NCBI GenBank assembly: GCA_964399775.1
Contig: CAYNSH010000007.1
Span: forward strand, 788 to 64,787
Direction of reading: 5' to 3'
DNA length: 64,000 nucleotides
Source of the DNA: an uncultured Verrucomicrobiota bacterium
Lineage (GTDB): Bacteria; Verrucomicrobiota; Kiritimatiellia; CAIQIC01; Lenti-01
Positions within the stretch are counted from its first letter, which is position 1. Every line of letters starts with the position of its first letter. The position numbers were made by a program, and so were the translations under genes. The notes below the pieces were generated by a model. It ran no database searches, was not told where the DNA came from, and saw only the letters and a program-made list of their open reading frames with translations. Positions 56,010 to 64,000 of the stretch are shown here, piece after piece.

Positions 56010-57269
56010 CTAGCGACGGATGAAGATATCGGTGCGCCGGTTGCGCTGCATGTTTTCTTCGGTGTCGTTCGGTGCGACCGGCCGGTCAAATCCATATCCA
56101 ACCGCCGTCACGTTCGCCGGGTTGATCCCGCTGTTCTTCACCAGATAGTCCGCCACCGCCCGCGCCCGGCGTTCGCTGAGGCGCTGGTTGTACTCTCGCG
56201 TCGAACGGCGTCGGCGGTCCGCGTGCCCTTCCACCGTTACCTGGACGCTGGGATCGCGCCGCAGCACCCGCACCACGGGCTCCAGATCCTGGTAATACTG
56301 CGGCCGAATGAAATACTTGTCGTAGTCGAACTCGATCAACAACGTGAACTTTTGAACGTCATCGGCCGGGTCCAGGGGATCCGTGCCGTCTTCGATGACT
56401 TCATGCCCATCGCTGACGCCGCCGCCATCCGTATCCGGATTCAGCGGATCGGTGCCGTAGACCAACACTTCGGCCCCGTCGGAAAGCCCGTCGCCATCCG
56501 TGTCGGGATTCAACGGATCGGTGCGATAAATGAAGACCTCATCGCCGTCGGACAATCCATCGCCATCCGTGTCGGGGTTGTATGGATCCGTGCCCAACAG
56601 CCGCTCGTCGCGGTCAAACAGCCCGTCCCCATCGCTGTCGATGTCTCCCGGGCCCACGTCCACCAGAAACTCCGGGGGAATCTGGCGCTGGGCTCCGAAA
56701 CGATAGCTCGCGCCAATCTCGATCAGGCCGATCGTTTCGCTGGAAGGATTCTGCAGGCCAACGATGGCATCGGCGCGCACGGCCCACGAGTCGTTGAAGT
56801 GGTAAAAAACGCCCGCGCCGCCGAAAATGCCCAACTGGACCTGGCCATGATGCAGCTTGTCGCCGTAGAACGTGAGGGCCGGCCCGGCCCGCAGGAAGGG
56901 GTCGATTCGACGGTTCCGGACATTGCGCAGGTGCAGCAGCGCATCCGCGCTCAAGCGAAGCGCCCACGTACTGCCGTCAAGGGGCTCCACATTGGTGTTC
57001 AGTTTGTCGGCATCGCGGTCCGAGAGCGAAGGCATCAGGTTCAACCCGCCTTCCAGCGCCCACCACGAATTAAGGCTGTAGCCCATCTTGCCGAAAAGCC
57101 CCAGGCCGGGTTCGATTTCCCAGTCCCCTTCCACCTGGTACCAGTTCAACCCCACCGTCCCGTACCACGGGGCGCGCTTGAACAAGTCGTCATCCGCGGC
57201 CATGGCGCCCGCCGCCACAAACGTCAACGCCAACATCGCCGCCACCAAGCATTTCACTGTTCGTGTCAT
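56010..57269 (-). CDS. OmpA-family outer-membrane protein with thrombospondin type-3 (TSP3) calcium-binding repeats
   Basis: Signal peptide, beta-barrel N-terminus, repeated DxDGDGLSDGxE...TDPLNPDTDGDG units, C-terminal OmpA domain (VTVEGHAD...ERRA). Confidence 0.88.
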   Translation of the reverse strand: MTRTVKCLVAAMLALTFVAAGAMAADDDLFKRAPWYGTVGLNWYQVEGDWEIEPGLGLFGKMGYSLNSWWALEGGLNLMPSLSDRDADKLNTNVEPLDGSTWALRLSADALLHLRNVRNRRIDPFLRAGPALTFYGDKLHHGQVQLGIFGGAGVFYHFNDSWAVRADAIVGLQNPSSETIGLIEIGASYRFGAQRQIPPEFLVDVGPGDIDSDGDGLFDRDERLLGTDPYNPDTDGDGLSDGDEVFIYRTDPLNPDTDGDGLSDGAEVLVYGTDPLNPDTDGGGVSDGHEVIEDGTDPLDPADDVQKFTLLIEFDYDKYFIRPQYYQDLEPVVRVLRRDPSVQVTVEGHADRRRRSTREYNQRLSERRARAVADYLVKNSGINPANVTAVGYGFDRPVAPNDTEENMQRNRRTDIFIRR

Positions 57270-57434
57270 TACCAGCTCCCTCTTCATAAAGATTGGCCAA
57301 ACGATACCGACCCACCCCGGCCCGTGCAATCAAAAACCAGCCTCCACCCATAAACCGGCCCAGACGTGCTGGGCCCCCGTTTTCAGTCGAGCCCATCTGT
57401 CCCGGCAAGCGCGGGTTGTGCCGGAAATGCCCAG

Positions 57435-58154
57435 TCACCACGGCAGCCAGATGGCCCCCCCCATGGCCAGGCCCATGATTTCCACATCGGACAGGGCGCG
57501 CGCGTAGATCCGCACGTCGTCCAGCCCCACTTGGGCGAAGGAATCCATGGGATGCGCCAGATGATCGCGGGCGCCAATGAACAGGTCGGCTCCGGGATTG
57601 TGCTGCATGGGATGGTCATAGACCCCTGACGCCAAGAGAATCCCATCCACATACACGGTCATGGATGGCTGCGAAAACGTTGCCGCAACATGATGCCAGC
57701 GGCCCGGCTCCAAGGCAGCGCTCGAATCAAGGATTCTCTGCCAACGCCCATTCCCAAGCACGAAACGCGCTTTGCCCGTTGGGGTGATCTGCAACGAATA
57801 GCCCTCGTTGTCGTGATGCCCCAGATTCCGCTTGAAGATCAGGGCCACCACGCCCTGTGGCCATTCGTCCAGCCTCACCCAGGCCGATAACGTCAAGTCC
57901 TCGGGCATGAGGGATGGAGTGGACAGCGTTCGGATAAATGCCGAACGACCGTCGAATTGCAGGCCGTTGCCATGCACCCCGGGGATCGGGCGCGTTCCAA
58001 TCAGTTGCCCCTCGTTCCCGCATGGACTCGAATCCCCCGCCACTCGTCCGGAGTCCAGATCAAAGGCGTAATGCAGCACAAGGCGGTTTGGCGGAACGTC
58101 GGCAACCGCTGCCGCCACCCAAGCCAGTCCCGCCAAGAGAATCCGCCCGCTCAT
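57435..58154 (-). CDS. Secreted LamG/concanavalin-A-like lectin-fold domain protein
   Basis: Signal peptide MSGRILLAGLAWVAAAVA. LamG-like core. Confidence 0.65.
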   Translation of the reverse strand: MSGRILLAGLAWVAAAVADVPPNRLVLHYAFDLDSGRVAGDSSPCGNEGQLIGTRPIPGVHGNGLQFDGRSAFIRTLSTPSLMPEDLTLSAWVRLDEWPQGVVALIFKRNLGHHDNEGYSLQITPTGKARFVLGNGRWQRILDSSAALEPGRWHHVAATFSQPSMTVYVDGILLASGVYDHPMQHNPGADLFIGARDHLAHPMDSFAQVGLDDVRIYARALSDVEIMGLAMGGAIWLPW

Positions 58155-58157
58155 CCC

Positions 58158-59672
58158 TTATCTCGCCATCCGGTTGGCCCGGAGGATGTAGATCGGATAC
58201 CGAAGCATCAGGGTATTGGGCCTGGTGGGATGGGGCGGCAATGTCCCGGCGATGGAATAGTTTTCCATGATCGCCTGGATGGTCGGATCGGCCTGATCGA
58301 TGGTCGACGCGCCCAAGATGACATAATCATAGCGCTGTTCGCGGTAGGGCACATTCAAAAAATCGGGCTTGTTTTGATAGGTCCACCGTCCGTCCAGCCA
58401 GCGGCAATTTTCATTGCCGTGATGCCCGCCTTCGGGATGGCCGAACGAACGGGTGATATAAGGGAAATGATAGAGAATCGTGGGACCGCGCCGAAACACA
58501 TCGGCGATCTGGGCGTACGTGGCGCGATCGTTGCGGTCGATGTAGCGACGAGCCCCCTCCTGCCAGGCGGGAATCAGAAACGCCACCGCCGGAATCAGGA
58601 TGGCCAGAGCTTGAAAACGGCGGGCCGCCGCGGGCTCGGAAAAGGCACGCCCCGCCGCCTGGACTCCCTTCAGCCCGCAAATGATCAGGCCGGCAAAAGC
58701 AATGACGGCATGGTTGTTGCCGCTGCCGAATTTCGGCTGCGCCAGGCTGGCCACCAGCATTCCGGCGGCCGCCATGACGTGCTCCGGCGTCAAGACTCCC
58801 CGCCACGCCTCGGCAAGCCCTTTGGCCGAGACCAGGGGCCAGAGGGTGAACAGCAGCAGGATGCCGGCCTGTCCCAGGAATTGCGCGGACCACACCTCGT
58901 TCAACAGGCGCGACATCTCCCACAGGGGGCCCTGGTTTTGGCTCACGACAATGTCATAGAACAGCCCGCCGGATTGGAGTTGCAGGAAGGCCAGGCCGCC
59001 GCCCGTGACCACGAGGGCGGGAACCACAAACCAAAGCGCTTTGCGAGGTGCCCGAAGCAGGGCGAAACATCCGGCCGCAGCCACATACGCCAGGCCGGTT
59101 TGCTTGGTCAGCGCACCCAGCGAAAGCCACCATGCCGCCCAGACCAGTGAGGATCGTTCCAGGCGCCGCAAACAATAGAAGCCCGCCATGACCAGGGCGA
59201 AATGGAGCGCATCCACATGAATCATGAACAACCAAAAGCCGGTCAACAGGCTGACCATGACCAGCAGCAGGAGGCTGAAAGTCGTGAGCAGGAGATCCCG
59301 GGAGGTCTCCAGCCATACCCACCGGGCGGCGAAGAAGAAAAAGACGAGGGACGCCAGCAGCGAAACGAGTTGCGGAGAGAGAAATCCGGGGCCGAAGGCC
59401 CGCCAAACCAGACTGCAGACCCACCAATAGAATGGCGTATAGGTGATGACGTTGAACTCGAAGGAAAGCGGGGCATAGAGTGGATCGCCGTCGTACAGCC
59501 GGGCGATCTGCGCCAGGTGTTCGTATACGGACCGATCCAGGCCGAAAGACGCGTTCAGGTTGTTGACGATCAGTATCGCCAGGGGGAGGGCCAACAGTGT
59601 CAAAAGAATCAACGACCCCTTGGCCCAGGCATCGAGATCCCGCCACGCACTCCCTTGCCGGATGCGACTCAT
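58158..59672 (-). CDS. Polytopic GT-C-fold membrane glycosyltransferase candidate (ArnT/PMT/DUF2029-like)
   Basis: ~12 predicted TMs. Sits immediately downstream (1-nt gap) of a GtrB/ArnC-like GT2. Family assignment uncertain. Confidence 0.45.
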   Translation of the reverse strand: MSRIRQGSAWRDLDAWAKGSLILLTLLALPLAILIVNNLNASFGLDRSVYEHLAQIARLYDGDPLYAPLSFEFNVITYTPFYWWVCSLVWRAFGPGFLSPQLVSLLASLVFFFFAARWVWLETSRDLLLTTFSLLLLVMVSLLTGFWLFMIHVDALHFALVMAGFYCLRRLERSSLVWAAWWLSLGALTKQTGLAYVAAAGCFALLRAPRKALWFVVPALVVTGGGLAFLQLQSGGLFYDIVVSQNQGPLWEMSRLLNEVWSAQFLGQAGILLLFTLWPLVSAKGLAEAWRGVLTPEHVMAAAGMLVASLAQPKFGSGNNHAVIAFAGLIICGLKGVQAAGRAFSEPAAARRFQALAILIPAVAFLIPAWQEGARRYIDRNDRATYAQIADVFRRGPTILYHFPYITRSFGHPEGGHHGNENCRWLDGRWTYQNKPDFLNVPYREQRYDYVILGASTIDQADPTIQAIMENYSIAGTLPPHPTRPNTLMLRYPIYILRANRMAR

Positions 59673-59673
59673 C

Positions 59674-60639
59674 TCAGTCTCCTCCAAGAAATTCCCGGAT
59701 GACGTAGCGCGGGCGCCGGATGGACTCCCGGTGAATGCGCCCGACATAGATGCCCAGAATGCCCACGGTGAACAGAATGATGCCCCCTAGCAAAAGCGTC
59801 GTGGCGAGCTGAAGGTGGTCCCACGTGAGCCCCCCCCCCGAAGATCCCCACAGCGCCACGGCCAGCATGCCGATCATGAACAGAAAAGCCAACAGCCCTA
59901 CCGCCATGCCCATGAAGAGCGCCAGGTACAGCGGAAGGGTTGAAAACAGCGTGATTCCCCGCACAAATTCCTTATAGGGATTCAGGCTGCTCCATAGGGA
60001 ATACTTGGTTTCGCCGGCGAAACGCGCCTCGCGTTGATACCATATCTGGACCTGCGTAAACCCGACCCAGGACACCAGTCCCCGCAGAAACGGGTCGAAC
60101 TCCGGCATGTGCAGGATCTCGTTCAACGCCCGGCGGGAGATCAATTTGAAGTCTCCCGTGTTTTGCAGGATGGTGATATCCGCGACGCCATTGATGGCTC
60201 GATAGGCCTGGCGCGTCAGCCACATCTTGAGTGCATTTTCGCCCTGGCGGTCGGTCCGGGTGGTATGGACAATGTCGGCGCCCTCCCGCCACTTCTGGAC
60301 CAGTTGCGGAATCAGCTCGGGCGGATCCTGCAGATCCGTGTCCATGTAGATGACCGCATCGCCTTTCGCCTTTCCGAATCCAGCCAGGACGCAGGGGGCA
60401 TTCCCGAATCGACGAGACATGTTCAGGATCTTGACGGCCGGATTTTTCTCCCGGGCCGCCAGCAGGATTTCCAGCGAGGCATCGGTTGACGCATCGTTGA
60501 CAAAAATCAATTCGTAGCGCAGGCCCAGGCCAGCAAACACGGCTTCCTGCCGGCGGATCATTTCCGGCAGAACCTCCGCCTCGTTGCGGAACGACAACAC
60601 CACGGATATCAGCGCATCTTGCTCCCGGCCGGTTTCCAT
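59674..60639 (-). CDS. GT2 polyprenol-phosphate glycosyltransferase (GtrB/ArnC-like) with C-terminal TM pair
   Basis: ISVVLSFRNEAE..., IFVNDASTD, YMDTDLQD (DxD), two C-terminal TMs. Start at METGREQ (M50) chosen to avoid overlap with the divergent gene. Confidence 0.8.
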   Translation of the reverse strand: METGREQDALISVVLSFRNEAEVLPEMIRRQEAVFAGLGLRYELIFVNDASTDASLEILLAAREKNPAVKILNMSRRFGNAPCVLAGFGKAKGDAVIYMDTDLQDPPELIPQLVQKWREGADIVHTTRTDRQGENALKMWLTRQAYRAINGVADITILQNTGDFKLISRRALNEILHMPEFDPFLRGLVSWVGFTQVQIWYQREARFAGETKYSLWSSLNPYKEFVRGITLFSTLPLYLALFMGMAVGLLAFLFMIGMLAVALWGSSGGGLTWDHLQLATTLLLGGIILFTVGILGIYVGRIHRESIRRPRYVIREFLGGD

Positions 60640-60766
60640 GCTGGGGACGATAGCGCCCCCGCCCATTCCGACACAATCTAAAACGCCGGGTTCAGGAGAC
60701 CATCCAAAACCCTCCCCCGGATAGGAACGGGCTTGTGTTTTTTGCCCCATTGCGCACTCTGGACAC

Positions 60767-61483
60767 GTGAATTCAACGCCCGCCAAGGATCCGTCGCCCC
60801 TGTTTGACCACTACGGCCAGACCTATGACGAGGCCATGCGCAAGTCCATTGGCTTCATGGGCCAGTCGCACGAGTATTTTACGGCCTACAAAGCCGACGG
60901 CATTGTCGAACTCCTGCGCCAGCACGTGGGTCCGCCCCCGCAGCTCCAGGTCCTGGACGTGGGCTGCGGTATTGGCAAGACCGACCGGTTCCTGGCCGAG
61001 CGGCTGGGCGGGCTTACGGGAGTCGATGTCTCCACGGAAAGCATCCTTCGCGCCCGCAGCGACAATCCCACGGTTCGATACGAATCCTATGATGGCCGGC
61101 ACCTGCCGTTTCAGGATGGCGCCTTTGATGCCGGGTTCTGTATCTGCGTCCTTCATCATGTGCCGCCGGACGAGCGGGTGCCCCTGTTGGTCGAAGTCTC
61201 CCGTGTTCTCAAACCCGGGGGATTGCTGATGATCTTCGAACACAATCCGTGGAATCCCCTGACCCGTCTTTCCGTGGCCCGCTGCGATTTTGATCGCGAC
61301 GCCCAGCTCTTGACCCGTCGGGAATCCGTCAGACTTCTCATCCAGGCCGGGCTTTCCCTCGTAGTACGGCGCTACATTCTGTTCTCGCCTTTCCGCATTC
61401 CGGGCTTCAACCGATTGGAACGGCGCATGCCATCGATTCCCCTCGGCGCCCAATACGTCGTGGCCGGGAGAAAAACGCCCTAG
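60767..61483 (+). CDS. Class I SAM-dependent methyltransferase
   Basis: VLDVGCGIGKT (motif I), FDAGFCICVLHHV. Confidence 0.82.
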   Translation: MNSTPAKDPSPLFDHYGQTYDEAMRKSIGFMGQSHEYFTAYKADGIVELLRQHVGPPPQLQVLDVGCGIGKTDRFLAERLGGLTGVDVSTESILRARSDNPTVRYESYDGRHLPFQDGAFDAGFCICVLHHVPPDERVPLLVEVSRVLKPGGLLMIFEHNPWNPLTRLSVARCDFDRDAQLLTRRESVRLLIQAGLSLVVRRYILFSPFRIPGFNRLERRMPSIPLGAQYVVAGRKTP

Positions 61484-61513
61484 CGGACGCGTGGTCCCCA
61501 AGCCCGCCGGCCC

Positions 61514-63460
61514 TTACGGCATCGGCTGCATCCGCAGGCTGCGCACCAACAGCACGCCTCCACCCGTGCGCTGGAACAGGACGCGATTGATCCCGGGGAC
61601 GAGTTCCACCTCATAAACCGTTTCGGAAAGTCGCCCCTCAGGAACGGTCCGGGACCCGGATTCTCCCACGCGTACAATGGAGGGGCCGCCCGAGGCCACC
61701 GCCACCATGTCCACCCGGGCTCGAAGAGTACGCTCCGTCACATTATGCACTTCGAGAACCGCCTCGTCCTCGAGTACCCGGTAATCATTGAAATCGCCAT
61801 GCTGCCAGGGCTTGAACAATCGCCATCCTCGGTCGAAGAACCAGGCCAGGGATTGGCCCGCCGCACGCACACGGTCAGCCTTGTCCTCGCGCGTGTCATA
61901 GAACACCTCCGGGACCAGTCGGCTGTGCTCGGTGTAGAATTCCTCCATCGGCGCATATCCGCTGTCGCGCAATTTCACCCCCGCCGTGTTCGGGATTTCG
62001 GCGCGCCGGCGGAAATAGGTTTCGGGCCAGGTCCACAACCCCAGGCGTTTTTCCTGGTTCCGGGCCAATCGCAAAAACGCCTGGGCGCCGTTGCCTTCAA
62101 ACACCTCCCGCGTAACCCCGCGCCAATTGTAGCGCATGTATTCGTCATAGGTGTCATCGGGCACCGTAAACCCAACAAACACGTGGGTCGGGGCATACAA
62201 CGCCATTTCGTTCCACGGCTCCAGCCAGCGGTCGACAATGACCACGTCGCCCGGCGCGAGATGTTCATCCAGCCATTCCCGGATCAGCACATAGGGTGTG
62301 GCCTTGCCTTCCAGCCGGACAATCTGGGCGACCGGCCAGGAGAGCACCGCCGCAAGAACCAGGGCCATCGCTCCATCCAAACGTACCCGCCATGCGGGCC
62401 ATGCCATTCCAAAAGCCCGATCCAGCGTCATCGCACACCAGATCACAAACGCCGGGGCGTTCACCGCAAAATAGGACAACTTTGCGGTGGCTCCGCCGAT
62501 AGCCAGAATATAGGCATAGCTGCCCAGCAGTCCACCCCCCACGATCCACGTGGTGGCCGCATAACGGGGATCGGCCGCCTGCCCGCGGCCACGACGCCAA
62601 ACGATCGCCGCCGCCACGGCCACCGCCGCCAGAATGCCGATGCCGATCCAATTCGCACCCGCCACGAAAAAGGGCAGAACGCGCGGGGCAATCCAGGCGA
62701 AATCCGAACCAATATGCCCATGCGGAGCGGTCTGCACCCGCTGCATCTCTAAAATGGCTCGATAGATCCAGCGCGACATCCCGAGGGCCAACGCCAGAAC
62801 CACCCCACTCATGGCGAGGGCATGACGTCGCCGAAGCGCGCCATCCACCCCCCACAGTCCTGACACCACGATCACCAGCCCCGTGGTGGCCGCCACCACC
62901 CAGGCCGACATGTGCCCCATGCAGGCCGCCAGCGCCCAAAGCGACCACTCGGCATAGGCGCGCCAACCCAACGGCTCGCCGCTTCTCAAGCGTGCCGCGA
63001 AATCGGCGCCACGCAACATCATCCCCGCCCCCATCGCCATCGTCACGACGTAGTAGTACGCCTCCCGCGAGTGGTAGACATGAAAGGGCAACACCGCCAG
63101 CCAGACTCCCGCCAGCAGCCCCGCCACGGCTCCGCGCCGTCGCATGAGCCATCCGGCGCATCCCGCCACCGTGAGCCATCCCAACAGGGCAAACGGCTCC
63201 CGGACCATGCCTTCATCCACGGTGCGCCAGGGCTGCAGATTGGACCAGACCACCGGAATGGAGTCTGTTAACGGGATCTGGTTGAGCCAAGGCGGATGTG
63301 TCCACAGTTGCGCCAGGGTCTTGGCCCCCCGGCCGTAGTTCAACATGTTGAGCTCATCCGCGCGTGTCGGACAGCGCCCCAGGGCCATAAAGCGCGGCAA
63401 GGCGGCGACCACCAGGATGGCGGTCCATGCGGCTCCACTCCGTATCGTCGACCGGTTCAT
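61514..63460 (-). CDS. GT39/ArnT-like GT-C membrane glycosyltransferase with large C-terminal soluble domain
   Basis: First loop R.ADE..MLNY (DE motif), ~11 TMs, ~250-aa C-terminal domain. Confidence 0.5.
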   Translation of the reverse strand: MNRSTIRSGAAWTAILVVAALPRFMALGRCPTRADELNMLNYGRGAKTLAQLWTHPPWLNQIPLTDSIPVVWSNLQPWRTVDEGMVREPFALLGWLTVAGCAGWLMRRRGAVAGLLAGVWLAVLPFHVYHSREAYYYVVTMAMGAGMMLRGADFAARLRSGEPLGWRAYAEWSLWALAACMGHMSAWVVAATTGLVIVVSGLWGVDGALRRRHALAMSGVVLALALGMSRWIYRAILEMQRVQTAPHGHIGSDFAWIAPRVLPFFVAGANWIGIGILAAVAVAAAIVWRRGRGQAADPRYAATTWIVGGGLLGSYAYILAIGGATAKLSYFAVNAPAFVIWCAMTLDRAFGMAWPAWRVRLDGAMALVLAAVLSWPVAQIVRLEGKATPYVLIREWLDEHLAPGDVVIVDRWLEPWNEMALYAPTHVFVGFTVPDDTYDEYMRYNWRGVTREVFEGNGAQAFLRLARNQEKRLGLWTWPETYFRRRAEIPNTAGVKLRDSGYAPMEEFYTEHSRLVPEVFYDTREDKADRVRAAGQSLAWFFDRGWRLFKPWQHGDFNDYRVLEDEAVLEVHNVTERTLRARVDMVAVASGGPSIVRVGESGSRTVPEGRLSETVYEVELVPGINRVLFQRTGGGVLLVRSLRMQPMP

Positions 63461-63469
63461 GTGGTGGTT

Positions 63470-64000
63470 CTAGGAGAGCTCACCCGCTCCCCGACGGGTG
63501 TCTTTCGTATCCCCCCGTACCAAATACAACGGACGGTGCTTGCCCTCTTCGAAGATTCGGCTGACGTACTGTCCCAGCATGCCGATGCCGATCAGTTGCA
63601 CACCGCCCAGGAACACCATGACTGCAATGATCGATGCCCAGCCGCGTTCCAGGGTATCCGGACGGACGATCGCCTGCACGATGACATATAGAACCCAGAA
63701 AACGGCAACCGCGCAGACCGCCAGGCCCAATACCGCGATCCAGCGCAGCGGCGACGCCGAAAATGACGTGATCGCATCGAACGCCAGGCGCGCGCTCTTC
63801 CACACCGGATACTTCGTCTCGCCCGCGTAGCGCGCCGCGCGGTCGTATTCCACCGCCGCCTGCCGATACCCCACCCAGCACGTCAGCCCCCGCATGAACC
63901 GGTGCAACTCGCGCATCTCGTTCAATGCCTCCACCACGCAACGATCCACCAGCCGGAAATCCCCCGCATCCATCGGCACATCCACCTTCGCCAGCCGCCG
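63470..64000 (-). CDS. GT2 polyprenol-phosphate glycosyltransferase (GtrB/ArnC-like), 3'-partial: C-terminal part only
   Basis: ...AGETKYPVWK...LGIGMLGQYVSRIFEE... parallels the C-terminus of the 59674..60639 GT2. ORF runs off the window end. Confidence 0.7.
   Translation of the reverse strand, partial: RRLAKVDVPMDAGDFRLVDRCVVEALNEMRELHRFMRGLTCWVGYRQAAVEYDRAARYAGETKYPVWKSARLAFDAITSFSASPLRWIAVLGLAVCAVAVFWVLYVIVQAIVRPDTLERGWASIIAVMVFLGGVQLIGIGMLGQYVSRIFEEGKHRPLYLVRGDTKDTRRGAGELS

Noticed and set aside
60640-60786. N-terminal extension of the GtrB-like GT2 containing half a zinc ribbon (CPEC)
   Set aside because: The extension overlaps the divergent methyltransferase start. GT2 homologues begin near the METGREQ...ISVV motif, and a lone CxxC is not a ribbon.
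1-64000. CRISPR arrays, tRNA/rRNA genes, transposases, integrases, prophage genes
   Set aside because: Reading both strands shows no regularly spaced direct repeats, no tRNA-like cloverleaf candidates in the gaps examined, and no transposase or integrase-like translations. The window looks like stable core chromosome.

Overview
High-GC (about 65%) bacterial chromosomal segment. About 60 genes tile both strands with short gaps or overlaps. The many long antisense ORFs in the track are GC-rich artefacts, not genes. The protein mix (prepilin-type N-terminal protein, thrombospondin-type-3 OmpA, TatT+TRAP transporter, tandem unusual Hsp70 pair, many C-terminally extended proteins) suggests a Planctomycetes–Verrucomicrobia–Chlamydiae-type (PVC; Verrucomicrobiota/Kiritimatiellota-like) organism; this is inference only.

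Core housekeeping is clear: a probable signal recognition particle (SRP) RNA followed by dnaX-ybaB-recR; rpsU; an ABC-F ATPase; frr-pyrH; rarA; a uvrD-like helicase; mnmA; lgt; a type-II NADH dehydrogenase (NDH-2).

Accessory or unusual content:
(i) a 1020-aa secreted protein with three tandem CBM20-like starch-binding modules, Ig-like repeats and no recognisable catalytic domain;
(ii) a DUF2760-like gene followed by two paralogous non-canonical Hsp70-family ATPases, the second carrying a ~500-aa C-terminal extension. This is the strongest candidate for an undescribed system;
(iii) an NfeD, TAT-signal DUF362, NapH-like polyferredoxin operon with overlapping stop/start codons;
(iv) a TatT-like TPR lipoprotein with dctPQM TRAP transporter genes;
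(v) a polysaccharide-precursor cluster (polyprenyl-phosphate sugar transferase, GT2, eukaryotic-type UDP-sugar pyrophosphorylase);
(vi) two copies of a GtrB-like GT2 plus GT-C (ArnT/PMT-like) membrane glycosyltransferase module flanking a LamG-domain protein and a SAM methyltransferase;
(vii) a 906-aa acidic, Glu/Arg/Ala-rich coiled-coil secreted protein;
(viii) a rubredoxin gene missed by the ORF track, next to an AT-rich palindromic island.

No CRISPR array, tRNA, rRNA, transposase or integrase was seen.
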